A stretch of DNA of 64,000 nt from Leptogorgia sarmentosa (taxonomy: Eukaryota), in NCBI GenBank assembly GCA_964658305.1, contig OZ210885.1, positions 26,288,001-26,352,000 of the forward strand. The letters run 5' to 3'. Positions within the stretch are counted from its first letter, which is position 1. Every line of letters starts with the position of its first letter. Shown here one piece after another: positions 18,001 to 32,357 of the stretch. The notes beneath the pieces were generated by a model that was not told the origin of the DNA, made no database searches, and saw only the letters and a program-made list of their open reading frames with translations. A program made the position numbers and the translations under genes.

Positions 18001-21000
18001 TATGATTAGCGGTCATGATTATGATTGTCGATCATGATTATGATTAACGATCATGAATATGATTAACGATCATGATTATGATTAACGATCATGAATATGA
18101 TTAACGATCATGATGACGATTAACGATCATGATTACGATTAACGATCATGATTATTATTGACGATGATGATTGACTATCAGGAATTTGATTTACGATCGT
18201 GATTATGATTAACGATCATGACCATGATTAACGATGATGATTATGATTAACGATCTTGATTATGATTAACGATGATGATTGACGATCATGAATTTGATTA
18301 ATTATCATGATTATGATTAGCGGTCATGATTATGATTGTCGATCATGATTATGATTAACGATCATGAATATGATTAACGATCATGATTATGATTAGCTAT
18401 CATGAATATGATTAACGATCATGATTATGATTAACGATCATGATTACGATTAACGATCATGATTATGATTGAGGATCATGATTATGATTAGCGGTCATGA
18501 TTATGATTGTCGATCATGATTATGATTAACGATCATGAATATGATTAACGATCATGATTGACGATCATGATTATGATTAACGATCATGATGATGATTAGC
18601 GGTCATGATTATGATTGACGATCATGATTATAATTAACGATCATGAATATGATTAAGGATCATGATTATGATTAGCGGTCATGATTTTGATTAACGGTCA
18701 TGATTATGATTAACGATCATGATTATGATTAACGATCATGATTATGATTAACAATCATGAATATGATTAACGATCATGATTATGATTAACGATCATGATT
18801 ACGATTAACGATCATGATTATGATTGACGATGATGATTGACTATCAGGAATTTGATTTACGATCATGAGTATGAATAACGATCATGATTATGAGTAACGA
18901 TGATGATTGACGATCATGAATTTGATTAATTATTATGATTATGATTAGCGGTCATGATTATGATTGAGGATCATGATTATGATTAGCGGTCATGATTATG
19001 ATTGTCGATCATGATTACGCTTAACGATCATGAATATGATTAACGATCATGATTGACGATCATGATTATGATTAACGATCATGATTATGATTAGCAGTCA
19101 TGATTATGATTAACGATCATGATTATGATTAACGATCATGTATATGATAAAGGATCATGATTATGATTAGCGGTCATGATTTTGATTAACGGTGATGATT
19201 ATGATTAACGATTATGATTATGATTAACGATCATGATTATGATTAACGATCATGAATATGATTAACGATCATGATTATGATTAACGATCATGATTGACGA
19301 TCATGATTATGATTAACGATCATGAATATGATTAACGATCATGATTACGATTAGCGGTTCTGATTATGATTAACGATCATGATTATGATTAGCGGTCATG
19401 ATTATGATTGACGATCATGATTATGATTAACGATCATGAATATGATTAAGGATCATGATTATGATTAACGATCATGATTACGATTAACGATCATGATTAT
19501 GATTAACGATCATGATTTACGATCATGATTATGATTAACGATCATGACCATGATTAACGATGATGATTATGATTAACGATCTTGATTATGATTAACGATG
19601 ATGATTGATGATCATGAATTTGATTAATTATCATGATTATGATTAGCGGTCATGATTATGATTGAGGATCATGATTATGATTAGCGGTCATGATTATGAT
19701 TGTCGATCATGATTATGATTAACGATCATGATTATGATTAACGATCATGATTATGATTAGCGGTCATGATTTTGATTAACGGTCATGATTATGATTAACG
19801 ATCATGATTATGATTAACGATCATGATTATGATTAACGATCATGAATATGATTAACGATCATGATTATGATTAACGATCATGATTATGATTGACGATGAT
19901 GATTGACTATCAGGAATTTGATTTACGATCATGAGTATGAATAACGATCATGATTATGAGTAACGATGATGATTGACGATCATGAATTTGATTAATTATT
20001 ATGATTATGATTAGCGGTCATGATTATGATTGAGGATCATGATTATGATTAGCGGTCATGATTATGATTGTCGATCATGATTACGCTTAACGATCATGAA
20101 TATGATTAACGATCATGATTGACGATCATGATTATGATTAACGATCATGATTATGATTAGCAGTCATGATTATGATTAACGATCATGATTATGATTAACG
20201 ATCATGTATATGATAAAGGATCATGATTATGATTAGCGGTCATGATTTTGATTAACGGTGATGATTATGATTAACGATTATGATTATGATTAACGATCAT
20301 GATTATGATTAACGATCATGAATATGATTAACGATCATGATTATGATTAACGATCATGATTGACGATCATGATTATGATTAACGATCATGAATATGATTA
20401 ACGATCATGATTACGATTAGCGGTTCTGATTATGATTAACGATCATGATTATGATTAGCGGTCATGATTATGATTGACGATCATGATTATGATTAACGAT
20501 CATGAATATGATTAAGGATCATGATTATGATTAACGATCATGATTACGATTAACGATCATGATTATGATTAACGATCATGATTTACGATCATGATTATGA
20601 TTAACGATCATGACCATGATTAACGATGATGATTATGATTAACGATCTTGATTATGATTAACGATGATGATTGATGATCATGAATTTGATTAATTATCAT
20701 GATTATGATTAGCGGTCATGATTATGATTGAGGATCATGATTATGATTAGCGGTCATGATTATGATTGTCGATCATGATTATGATTAACGATCATGATTA
20801 TGATTAACGATCATGATTATGATTAGCGGTCATGATTTTGATTAACGGTCATGATTATGATTAACGATCATGATTATGATTAACGATCATGATTATGATT
20901 AACGATCATGAATATGATTAACGATCATGATTATGATTAACGATCATGATTGACGATCATGATTATGATTAACCATCATGATGATGATTGACGATCATGA

Positions 21001-24000
21001 TTATGATTAACGAGGATGATTATGATTAGCGGTCATGATTATGATTGACGATCATGATTATGATCAACGATCATGAATATGATTAAGGATCATGATTATG
21101 ATTAGCGGTCATGATTTTGATTAACGGTCATGATTATGATTAACGATCATGATTATGATTAACGATCATGATTATGATTAACGATCATGATTATGATTAA
21201 CGATCATGAATATGATTAACGATCATGATTATGATTAACGATCATGAATATGATTAACGATCATGATTATGATTAACGATCATGAATATGATTAACGATC
21301 ATGATCATGATTAACGATCATGATTACGATTAACGATCATGATTATTATTGACGATGATGATTGACTATCAGGAATTTGATTTACAATCATGATTATGAT
21401 TAACGATCATGACCATGATTAACGATGATGATTATGATTAACGATCTGGATTATGATTAACAATGATGATTGACGATCATGAATTTGATTAATTATCATG
21501 ATTATGATTAGCGGTCATGATTATGATTGACGATCATGATTATGATTAGCGGACATGATTATGATTGACGATCATGATTATGATTAGCGGTCATGATTAT
21601 GATTGTCGATCATGATTATGATTAACGATCATGAATATGATTAACGATCATGATTGTGATTAGCGATCATGAATATGATTAACGATCATGATTATGATTA
21701 ACGATCATGATTACGATTAACGATCATGATTATGATTGACGATGATGATTGACTATCAGGAATTTGATTTACGATCATGATTATGATTAACGATCATGAC
21801 CATGATTAACGATGATGATTATGATTAACGATCTTGATTATGATTAATAATGATGATTGATGATCATGAATTTGATTAATTATCATGATTATGATTAGCG
21901 GTCATGATTATGATTGAGGATCATGATTATGATTAGCGGTCATGATTATGATTGTCGATCATGATTATGATTAACGATCATGAATATGATTAACGATCAT
22001 GATTGACGATCATGATTATGATTAACGATAATGATGATGATTAGCGGTCATGATTATGATTGACGATCATGATTATAATTAACGATCATGAATATGATTA
22101 AGGATCATGATTATGATTAACGATCATGATTATGATTAACGATCATGAATATGATTAACGATCATGATTATGATTAACGATCATGATTACGATTAACGAT
22201 CATGATTATGATTGACGATGATGATTGACTATCAGGAATTTGATTTACGATCATGATTATGATTAACGATCATGACCATGATTAACGATCATGATTATGA
22301 TTAACGATCATGATTATGATTGTCGATCATGATTATGATTAACGATCATGAATATGATTAACGATCATGATTATGATTAACGATCATGAATATGATTAAG
22401 GATCATGATTATGATTAGCGGTCATGATTTTGATTAACGGTCATGATTATGATTAACGATCAAGATTATGATTAACGATCATGATTATGATTAACGATCA
22501 TGATTATGATTAACGATCATGAATATGATTAACGATCATGATTATGATTAACGATCATGATTATGATTAGCGGTCATGATTATGATTGACGATCATGATT
22601 ATGATTAGCGGTCATGATTATGATTAACGATCATGATTATGATTAACGATCATGATTATGATTAACGATCATGATTATGATTAACGGTCATGAATATGAT
22701 AAAGGATCATGATTATGATTAGCGGTCATGATTTTGATTAACGGTCATGATTATGATTAACGATCATGATTATGATTAACGATCATGATTATGATTAACG
22801 ATCATGAATATCATTAACGATCATGATTATGATTAACGATCATGATTGACGATCATGATTATGATTAACGATCATGATGATGATTGACGATCATGATTAT
22901 GATTAACGATCATGATTATGATTAGCGGTCATGATTATGATTGACGATCATGATTATGATTGACGATGATGATTGACTATCAGGAATTTGATTTACGATC
23001 ATGATTATGATTAACGATCATGACCATGATTAACGATGATGATTATGATTAACGATCTTGATTATGATTAACGATGATGATTGACGATCAAGAATTTGAT
23101 TAATTATCATGATTATGATTAGCGGTCATGATTATGATTGAGGATCATGATTATGATTAGCAGTCATGATTATGATTGTCGATCATGATTATGATTAACG
23201 ATCATGAATATGATTAACGATCATGATTGACGATCATGATTATGATTAACGATCATGATTATGATTAGCAGTCATGATTATGATTAACGATCATGATTAT
23301 GATTAACGATCATGTATATGATAAAGGATCATGATTATGATTAGCGGTCATGATTTTGATTAACGGTCATGATTATGATTGACGATCATGATTATGATTA
23401 ACGATCATGATTATGATCAACGATCATGAATATGATTAACGATCATGATTATGATTAACGATCATGATTGACGATCATGATTATGATTAACGATCATGAT
23501 GATGATTGACGATCATGATTATGATTAACGAGGATGATTATGATTAGCGGTCATGATTATGATTGACGATCATGATTATGATTATGATTAACGATCATGA
23601 TTATGATTAACGATCATGAATAAGATTAACGATCATGATTATGATTAACGATCATGATTATGATTAGCGGTCATGATTATGATTGACGATCATGATTATG
23701 ATTAGCGGTCATGATTATGATTGTCGATCATGATTATGATTAACGATCATGAATATGATTAACGATCATGATTATGATTAACGATCATGAATATGATTAA
23801 CGATCATGATCATGATTAACGATCATGATTACGATTAACGATCATGATTATTATTGACGATGATGATTGACTATCAGGAATTTGATTTACAATCATGATT
23901 ATGATTAACGATCATGACCATGATTAACGATGATGATTATGATTAACGATCTTGATTATGATTAACAATGATGATTAACGATCATGAATTTGATTAATTA

Positions 24001-27000
24001 TCATGATTATGATTAGCGGTCATGATTATGATTGACGATCATGATTATGATTAGCGGACATGATTATGATTGACGATCATGATTATGATTAGCGGTCATG
24101 ATTATGATTGTCGATCATGATTATGATTAACGATCATGAATATGATTAACGATCATGATTATGATTAGCGATCATGAATATGATTAACGATCAAGATTAT
24201 GATTAACGATCATGATTACGATTAACGATCATGATTATGATTGACGATGATGATTGACTATCAGGAATTTGATTTACGATCATGATTATGATTAACGATC
24301 ATGACCATGATTAACGATGATGATTATGATTAACGATCTTGATTATGATTAACGACGATGATTGATGATCATGAATTTGATTAATTATCATGATTATGAT
24401 TAGCGGTCATGATTATGATTGAGGATCATGATTATGATTATGATTAGCGGTCATGATTATGATTGTCGATCATGATTATGATTAACGATCATGAATATGA
24501 TTAACGATCATGATTGACGATCATGATTATGATTAACGATAATGATGATGATTAGCGGTCATGATTATGATTGACGATCATGATTATAATTAACGATCAT
24601 GAATATGATTAAGGATCATGATTATGATTAGCGGTCATGATTTTGATTAACGGTCATGATTATGATTAACGATCATGATTATGATTAACGATCATGATTA
24701 TGATTAACGATCATGAATATGATTAACGATCATGATTATGATTAACGATCATGATTACGATTAACGATCATGATTATGATTGACGATGATGATTGACTAT
24801 CAGGAATTTGATTTACGATCATGATTATGATTAACGATCATGACCATGATTAACGATCATGATTATGATTAACGATCATGATTATGATTGTCGATCATGA
24901 TTATGATTAACGATCATGAATATGATTAACGATCATGATTATGATTAACGATCATGAATATGATTAAGGATCATGATTATGATTAGCGGTCATGATTTTG
25001 ATTAACGGTCATGATTATGATTAACGATCATGATTATGATTAACGATCATGATTATGATTAACGATCATGATTATGATTAACGATCATGAATATGATTAA
25101 CGATCATGATTATGATTAACGATCATGATTATGATTAGCGGTCATGATTATGATTGACGATCATGATTATGATTAGCGGTCATGATTATGATTAACGATC
25201 ATGATTATGATTAACGATCATGATTATGATTAACGATCATGATTATCATTAACGGTCATGAATATGATAAAGGATTATGATTATGATTAGCGGTCATGAT
25301 TTTGATTAACGGTCATGATTATGATTAACGATCATGATTATGATTAACGATCATGATTATGATTAACGATCATGAATATCATTAACGATCATGATTATGA
25401 TTAACGATCATGATTGACGATCATGATTATGATTAACGATCATGATGATGATTGACGATCATGATTATGATTAACGATCATGAATATGATTAACGATCAT
25501 GATTATGATTAACGGTCATGATTACGATTAACGATCATGATTATGATTGACGATGATGATTGACTATCAGCAATTTGATTTACGATCATGATTATGATTA
25601 ACGATCATGACCATGATTAACGATGATGATTATGATTAACGATCTTGATTATGATTAACGATGATGATTGACGATCAAGAATTTGATTAATTATCATGAT
25701 TATGATTAGCGGTCATGATTATGATTGAGGATCATGATTATGATTAGCAGTCATGATTATGATTAACGATCATGATTATGATTAACGATCATGTATATGA
25801 TAAAGGATCATGATTATGATTAGCGGTCATGATTTTGATTAACGGTCATGATTATGATTAACGATCATGATTATGTTCAACGATCATGATTATGATCAAC
25901 GATCATGAATATGATTAACGATCATGATTATGATTAACGATCATGATTGACGATCATGATTATGATTAACGATCATGATGATGATTGACGATCATGATTA
26001 TGATTAACGAGGATGATTATGATTAGCGGTCATGATTATGATTGACGATGATGATTATGATTATGATTAACGATCATGATTATGATTAACGATCATGATT
26101 ATGATTAACGATCATGATTACGATTAACGATCATGAATATGATTAACGATCATGATTATGATTAGCGATCATGATTATGATTAACGATCATGAATATGAT
26201 TAACGATCATGATGACGATTAACGATCATGATTACGATTAACGATCATGATTATTATTGACGATGATGATTGACTATCAGGAATTTGATTTACGATCGTG
26301 ATTATGATTAACGATCATGACCATGATTAACGATGATGATTATGATTAACGATCTTGATTATGATTAACGATGATGATTGACGATCATGAATTTGATTAA
26401 TTATCATGATTATGATTAGCGGTCATGATTATGATTGTCGATCATGATTATGATTAACGATCATGAATATGATTAACGATCATGATTATGATTAGCTATC
26501 ATGAATATGATTAACGATCATGATTATGATTAACGATCATGATTACGATTAACGATCATGATTATGATTGAGGATCATGATTATGATTAGCGGTCATGAT
26601 TATGATTGTCGATCATGATTATGATTAACGATCATGAATATGATTAACGATCATGATTGACGATCATGATTATGATTAACGATCATGATGATGATTAGCG
26701 GTCATGATTATGATTGACGATCATGATTATAATTAACGATCATGAATATGATTAAGGATCATGATTATGATTAGCGGTCATGATTTTGATTAACGGTCAT
26801 GATTATGATTAACGATCATGATTATGATTAACGATCATGATTATGATTAACAATCATGAATATGATTAACGATCATGATTATGATTAACGATCATGATTA
26901 CGATTAACGATCATGATTATGATTGACGATGATGATTGACTATCAGGAATTTGATTTACGATCATGAGTATGAATAACGATCATGATTATGAGTAACGAT

Positions 27001-30000
27001 GATGATTGACGATCATGAATTTGATTAATTATTATGATTATGATTAGCGGTCATGATTATGATTGAGGATCATGATTATGATTAGCGGTCATGATTATGA
27101 TTGTCGATCATGATTACGCTTAACGATCATGAATATGATTAACGATCATGATTGACGATCATGATTATGATTAACGATCATGATTATGATTAGCAGTCAT
27201 GATTATGATTAACGATCATGATTATGATTAACGATCATGTATATGATAAAGGATCATGATTATGATTAGCGGTCATGATTTTGATTAACGGTGATGATTA
27301 TGATTAACGATTATGATTATGATTAACGATCATGATTATGATTAACGATCATGAATATGATTAACGATCATGATTATGATTAACGATCATGATTGACGAT
27401 CATGATTATGATTAACGATCATGAATATGATTAACGATCATGATTACGATTAGCGGTTCTGATTATGATTAACGATCATGATTATGATTAGCGGTCATGA
27501 TTATGATTGACGATCATGATTATGATTAACGATCATGAATATGATTAAGGATCATGATCATGATTAACGATCATGATTACGATTAACGATCATGATTATG
27601 ATTAACGATCATGATTGACGATCATGATTATGATTAACGATCATGATTATGATTAGCGGTCATGATTATGATTGACGATCATGATTATGATTAACGATCA
27701 TGAATATGATTGACGATCATGATTATGATTAACGATCATGATTACGATCATGATTATGATTAACGATCATGATTATGATTAGCGGTCATGATTATGATTA
27801 ACGATCATGATTATGATTAACGATCATATATATGATAAAGATCATGATTATGATTAGCGGTCATGATTTTGATTAACGGTGATGATTATGATTAACGATC
27901 ATGATTATGATTAACGATCATGATTATGATTAACGATCATGAATATGATTAACGATCATGATTATGATTAACGATCATGATTGACGATCATGATTATGAT
28001 TAACGATCATGATTATGATTAACGATCATGAATATGATTAACGATCATGATTACGATTAGCGGTTCTGATTATGATTGACGATCATGATTATTATTAACG
28101 ATCATGAATATGATTAACGATCATGATTATGATTAACGATCATGATTATGATTAACGATCATGATTATGACTAAGGATTATGATAGATGATCATGAATTT
28201 CAATAACGATGATGATTATGATTAACGATCATGATTATGATTAGCGGTCATGATTATGATTGACGATCATGATTATGATTAGCAGTCATGATTATGATTG
28301 TCGATCATGATTATGATTAACGATCATGAATACGATTAACGATCATGATTATGATTAACGATCATGAATATGATTAACGATCATGATCATGATTAACGAT
28401 CATGATTACGATTAACGATCATGATTATGATTAACGATCATGATTATGACTAAGGATTATGATAGATGATCATGAATTTCAATAACGATGATGATTATGA
28501 TTAACGATCATGATTATGATTAGCGGTCATGATTATGATTGTCGATCATGATTATGATTAACGATCATGAATATGATTAACGATCATGATTGACGATCAT
28601 GATTATGATTAACGATCATTATGATGATTAGCGGTCATGATTATGATTGACGATCATGATTATAATTAACGATCATGAATATGATTAACGGTCATGATTA
28701 TGATTAACGATCATGATTATGATTAACGATCATGATTATGATTAACGATCATGATTATGATTAACGATCATGAATATGATTAACGATCATGATTATGATT
28801 AACGATCATGATTATGATTAGCGGTCATGATTATGATTGACGATCATGATTATGATTAGCGGTCATGATTATGATTAACGATCATGATTATGATTAACGA
28901 TCATGATTATGATTAACGATCATGATTATGATTAACGGTCATGAATATGATAAAGGATCATGATTATGATTAGCGGTCATGATTTTGATTAACGGTCATG
29001 ATTATGATTAACGATCATGATTATGATTAACGATCATGATTATGATTAACGATCATGAATATGATTAACGATCATGATTATGATTAACGATCATGATTGA
29101 CGATCATGATTATGAGTAACGATCATGATGATGATTGACGATCATGATTATGATTAACGATCATGAATATGATTAACGATCATGATTATGATTAACGATC
29201 ATGATTAGGATTAACGATCATGATTATGATTGACGATGATGATTGACTATCAGGAATTTGATTTACGATCATGATTATGATTAACGATCATGATTATGAT
29301 TAACGATCATGAATATGATCAACGATCATGATTATGATTAACGATCATGATTATGATTGAAGATTATGATCATGATTAATGATCATGATTGTGATTAACG
29401 ATCATGATTATGATTGACTATCATGATTATGATTAGCGGTCATGATTATGATTAACGATCATGATTATGATTAACGATCATGATTATGATTAGCGGTCAT
29501 GATTATGATTAACGATCATGATTATGATTAACGATCATGATTATGATTAGCGGTCATGATTATGATTGTCGATCATGATTATGATTAACGATCATGAATA
29601 TGATTAACGATCATGATTACGATTGACGACCATGATTATGATTAACGATCATGAATATGATTAAGGATCATGATTATGATTAGCGGTCATGATTATGATT
29701 AACGATCATGATTATGATTAACGATGATGATTGACGATCATGAATTTGATTAACGATCATGATTATAGTTAAAGATCATGATTGACGATCATGATTACGA
29801 TTAACGAACATGATTATGATTAACGATCATGATTATGATTAAAGATTATGATCATGATTAATGATCATGATTGTGATTAACGATCATGATTATGATTAAC
29901 GATCATGATTACGATTAACGATCTTGATTATGATTGACGAGGATGATTGACGATCAGGAATTCGATTTACGATCATGATTATGATTAACGATCATGACCA

Positions 30001-30337
30001 TGATTAACGATCATGATTACGATTAGCGGTCATGATTATGATTGACGATCATGATTATGATTAACGGTCATGAATATGATTAACAATCATGATTATGATT
30101 AACGATCATGATTGACGATCATGATTATGATTAACGAACATGATTATGATTAACGATCATGATTATGATTAACGATAATGATTATGATTAACGATCATGA
30201 TTGACGATCATGATTATGATTAACGAACATGATTATGATTAACGATCATGATTGTGATTAACGAACATGATTATGATTAACCGCCATGATTATGATTAGC
30301 GATCATGATTATGACTAACGATCATGATTATGATTAA
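1..30337 (+). repeat. 19-bp satellite array, left arm (monomer GATTAACGATCATGATTAT; variants GATTGAC, GATTAGCGGTCAT, GAATAT and 13-bp units)
   Basis: Period of 19 read directly (e.g. TAACGATCAT at 3301 and 3320). Continuous from the window start to the TTAA at 30334-30337. No ORFs in the track. Confidence 0.98.
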
Positions 30338-30372
30338 AGTGCTACTGAACCGAAATTTTCGATCCCTTTTTT
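30338..30372 (+). repeat. Left terminal inverted repeat (AGTGCTACTGAACCGAAATTTTCGATCCCTTTTTT)
   Basis: 33/35 identical to the reverse complement of 32358-32392; mismatches at TIR positions 13 and 26. Confidence 0.96.
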
Positions 30373-30471
30373 TTCCACTTTAAACAATATTTAGGATTTT
30401 AGATGAATTTTGATATATAAATTAGCACTGTACGTTGACTACAAGATAACTAATTTTGCCCTCAAAGTGCG

Positions 30472-30532
30472 ACTTCGCATCCGAACTTTTTGATCCGCCA
30501 TATTGGCGCGTGTGACGTCATAAGATGAACAC
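30472..30532 (+). promoter_or_regulatory. Left subterminal inverted-repeat module with CRE palindrome (TGACGTCA, 30513-30520) and YY1-like CCGCCATATT (30495-30504)
   Basis: 30509-30532 is a perfect 24-bp reverse complement of 32189-32212, and weaker similarity extends through CCGAACTTTT (30481-30490). The repeat is seen directly; a regulatory role is inferred. Confidence 0.6.
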
Positions 30533-30667
30533 GTCTCGAAGCTTTTTCTGTAGATTCTATTGCGCTTGCGGTATTGTCCGTGATCTTTTCTCGATTTTTT
30601 TCGGAATGTAAAAGTTTTCTGAACTTAAGATAAAAGTTATATAATTGTAAGAATATACAGAGCAAAA

Positions 30668-30912
30668 ATGTCCAGTAATGAGCGAAATAGCAGTGTCGGC
30701 TCACCAGAAAACGGCAAAACACTTCGTCGGATTTAGATGGCGGTAATAAAGCACATCTGGGTCTCTTTGCACGTAGCATCGCACAAGTATATCTAAGATG
30801 ACGAACCTTTGCAAGAACCAGGGGGAAATATAAAAGTTGTAGAAGATCCTGATGGTATATTGCTGTGAACATTGGAAGCTAGAAGCGACGGCACAGTCAC
30901 TATTGAACAGTG
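30668..30912 (+). pseudogene. KolX-like (P2X7 ballast-domain-related) pseudogene, first exon
   Basis: ATG at 30668 is in frame with DDEPLQEPGGNIKVVEDPDGILL*TLEARSDGTVTIEQW (30797-30912), with several in-frame stops. It ends at TG|GTACGT, a splice donor splitting the Trp that precedes the CxC motif in KolX-type proteins (recalled motif). Confidence 0.65.
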
Positions 30913-31104
30913 GTACGTTCTTCTTATTTGCGTTGTTTATGTTAATGTAATATGCTAAGTAAGCCCAACATGACAAGCAGATTATTTATTGCGCATTTGT
31001 CTCAGTCTTCTAAGGATAGTTTGAACTCAGTAATATTCTTTTTGTTACTGGAACAGGCCCAAGACTAAAGCTTTATTGGATGATTCATAACTCATATTAT
31101 ATAC

Positions 31105-31155
31105 ATATCACATACCAATTTCATGGATATACATAATAGATATCACATACCAATT
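31105..31155 (+). repeat. 16-bp direct repeat ATATCACATACCAATT in the residual intron
   Basis: Copies at 31105-31120 and 31140-31155, offset 35 bp. Confidence 0.85.
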
Positions 31156-31199
31156 GTGCATGAAAATTCTGTACACTAACTCTAACATTATTTTTTAAG

Positions 31200-31368
31200 A
31201 TATTTAAGAGCTGTTGCCTACACATGTGGATGAATAAAGTGGATGTGTGGCCGGCTGGGATGGGACAACACAAGACCACTTCCAGCCTGTGTTTATAATT
31301 TTATCAAGAATAAATATCAAATAGTGGACAATAAAAAGGGTTATATCCGAGCTTAGCAGAGGCAATAA
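31200..31368 (+). pseudogene. KolX-like pseudogene, last exon
   Basis: Preceded by branch-point-like CACTAAC/CTCTAAC and a TTTTTTAAG acceptor (AG at 31198-31199). Translates from 31201 as YLRAVAYTCG*IKWMCGRLGWDNTRPLPACVYNFIKNKYQIVDNKKGYIRA*QRQ*, matching the recalled R.aAY...W..G.LG...R..P.CV...I...F/Y C-terminal motif of KolX / P2X7 ballast domains. Confidence 0.8.
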
Positions 31369-31922
31369 TAGTCAATTCAAGTCTTGGCTATGTAATTGCA
31401 TTGCTGAAATTCTGAAAAATGCTTGATTGTGCATGCCGAGCTGTTTGATGTTTCTCCTTGTGATATACATTTTGCCAAAATTAGTTTTAGAAACCTGAAT
31501 TGTTACCAGTGTTAAAGATTTGATGTATATGCACTCATTCATTATCACTACATCTTTATTTATCTAAACATTACATGTGGCATGCAGCAGAATAACTTCA
31601 GATTGTTTGCATACACTTACACTGCAAAAGTATGAACATAAATTATCACTAGTTATTTCCAGCAATGTTTATATATTATTTTAGTGTGTTCTAGTAGTTG
31701 CTTAGAAGTCGTTACAAACATTTACTATATATTATATGGTAAAATAATCTATTGTATATATTATTACTTGTTATTCCATTTATATTTATAAAATATCAAT
31801 ATTGTTTTATTTGCTATCTTGCCAGTTTAAATTTGAATAAATGAACTATGAAGTTAATTATCACATTTATATACTCATTTATTATGTTTATTCTCTATAA
31901 TCTTATTCTCTTTAACAAAAAT

Positions 31923-32167
31923 ACGCTTCATGTCGAAGCATGAATCATCAAAGCAGGCAGGACAAAGCACTAGCCTGTAGTGGCACTAAAGTCTGGCCGA
32001 TGTTTGAGGACGGAATTTCCCCACTTTTTTCGGTGCTGTGCATCTGTTTCTGCGTTAGGAAACAGATACATGAATATACCTTCTGTGCGCTGATTATTGC
32101 CGCAGCTAACTAAGCTAGGACCGCCAGCAACACAACGTTTTCCTCCACGAACGCGTTTTGCGCTATT
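31923..32167 (-). pseudogene. THAP zinc-finger domain: truncated 5' remnant of the Kolobok transposase
   Basis: From 32158 down: KRVRGGKRCVAGGPSLVSCGNNQRTEGIFMYLFPNAETDAQHRKKWGNSVLKHRPDFSATTG* (TAG at 31972-31970), then by frameshift VLCPACFDDSCFDMKR. This shows the THAP signature C..C, FP, W and LC..(H)F...F, with the His altered. No DDE core follows and the start codon appears mutated. Confidence 0.85.
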
Positions 32168-32188
32168 AATTCTATACGCTATGAGAAT

Positions 32189-32248
32189 GTGTTCATCTTA
32201 TGACGTCACACGGCATGAAAATGGCGACGCAAAAGTTCGGACGGAAGT
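32189..32248 (-). promoter_or_regulatory. Right subterminal inverted-repeat module with CRE (32201-32208), YY1-like AAAATGGCG (32218-32226) and ETS-like CGGAAGT (32242-32248)
   Basis: Mirror of 30472-30532, lying just upstream of the minus-strand THAP frame. The regulatory role is inferred. Confidence 0.6.
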
Positions 32249-32357
32249 AGCCCAAAATGGCAAATTTGGAAGGCTGTAAAATCTGTTCAAATGGGCCAAT
32301 TTGAATTCTGTTTGCAGTTTTGAAATCAGGAGAGAAAGTTCTTTAGAATAAGACAAT

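Noticed and set aside
1..30337. Telomeric repeat or repeat-encoded protein
   Set aside because: No G-rich telomere-like strand, too much monomer and length variation, internal inversion, and dense stop codons (the 19-bp period cycles TAA/TGA through all frames).
30462..30872. 136-aa minus-strand ORF from the track
   Set aside because: Antisense to the KolX-like exon and subterminal repeat, with no recognisable motif; a shadow ORF.
30701..30976. 91-aa minus-strand ORF from the track
   Set aside because: Antisense to the KolX-like exon/intron boundary, with no recognisable domain.
31380..31920. Possible transposase C-terminal remnant in the AT-rich element interior
   Set aside because: No DDE or other recognisable motif found by eye; probably UTR or intron. 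A TBLASTX against a full-length parent would settle it.
32042..32067. 9-bp hairpin ATCTGTTTC...GAAACAGAT
   Set aside because: Lies within the THAP coding relic with no terminator or ncRNA context; likely chance.
32097..32279. 60-aa plus-strand ORF from the track
   Set aside because: TTG start, antisense to the THAP relic, and runs through the subterminal repeat.
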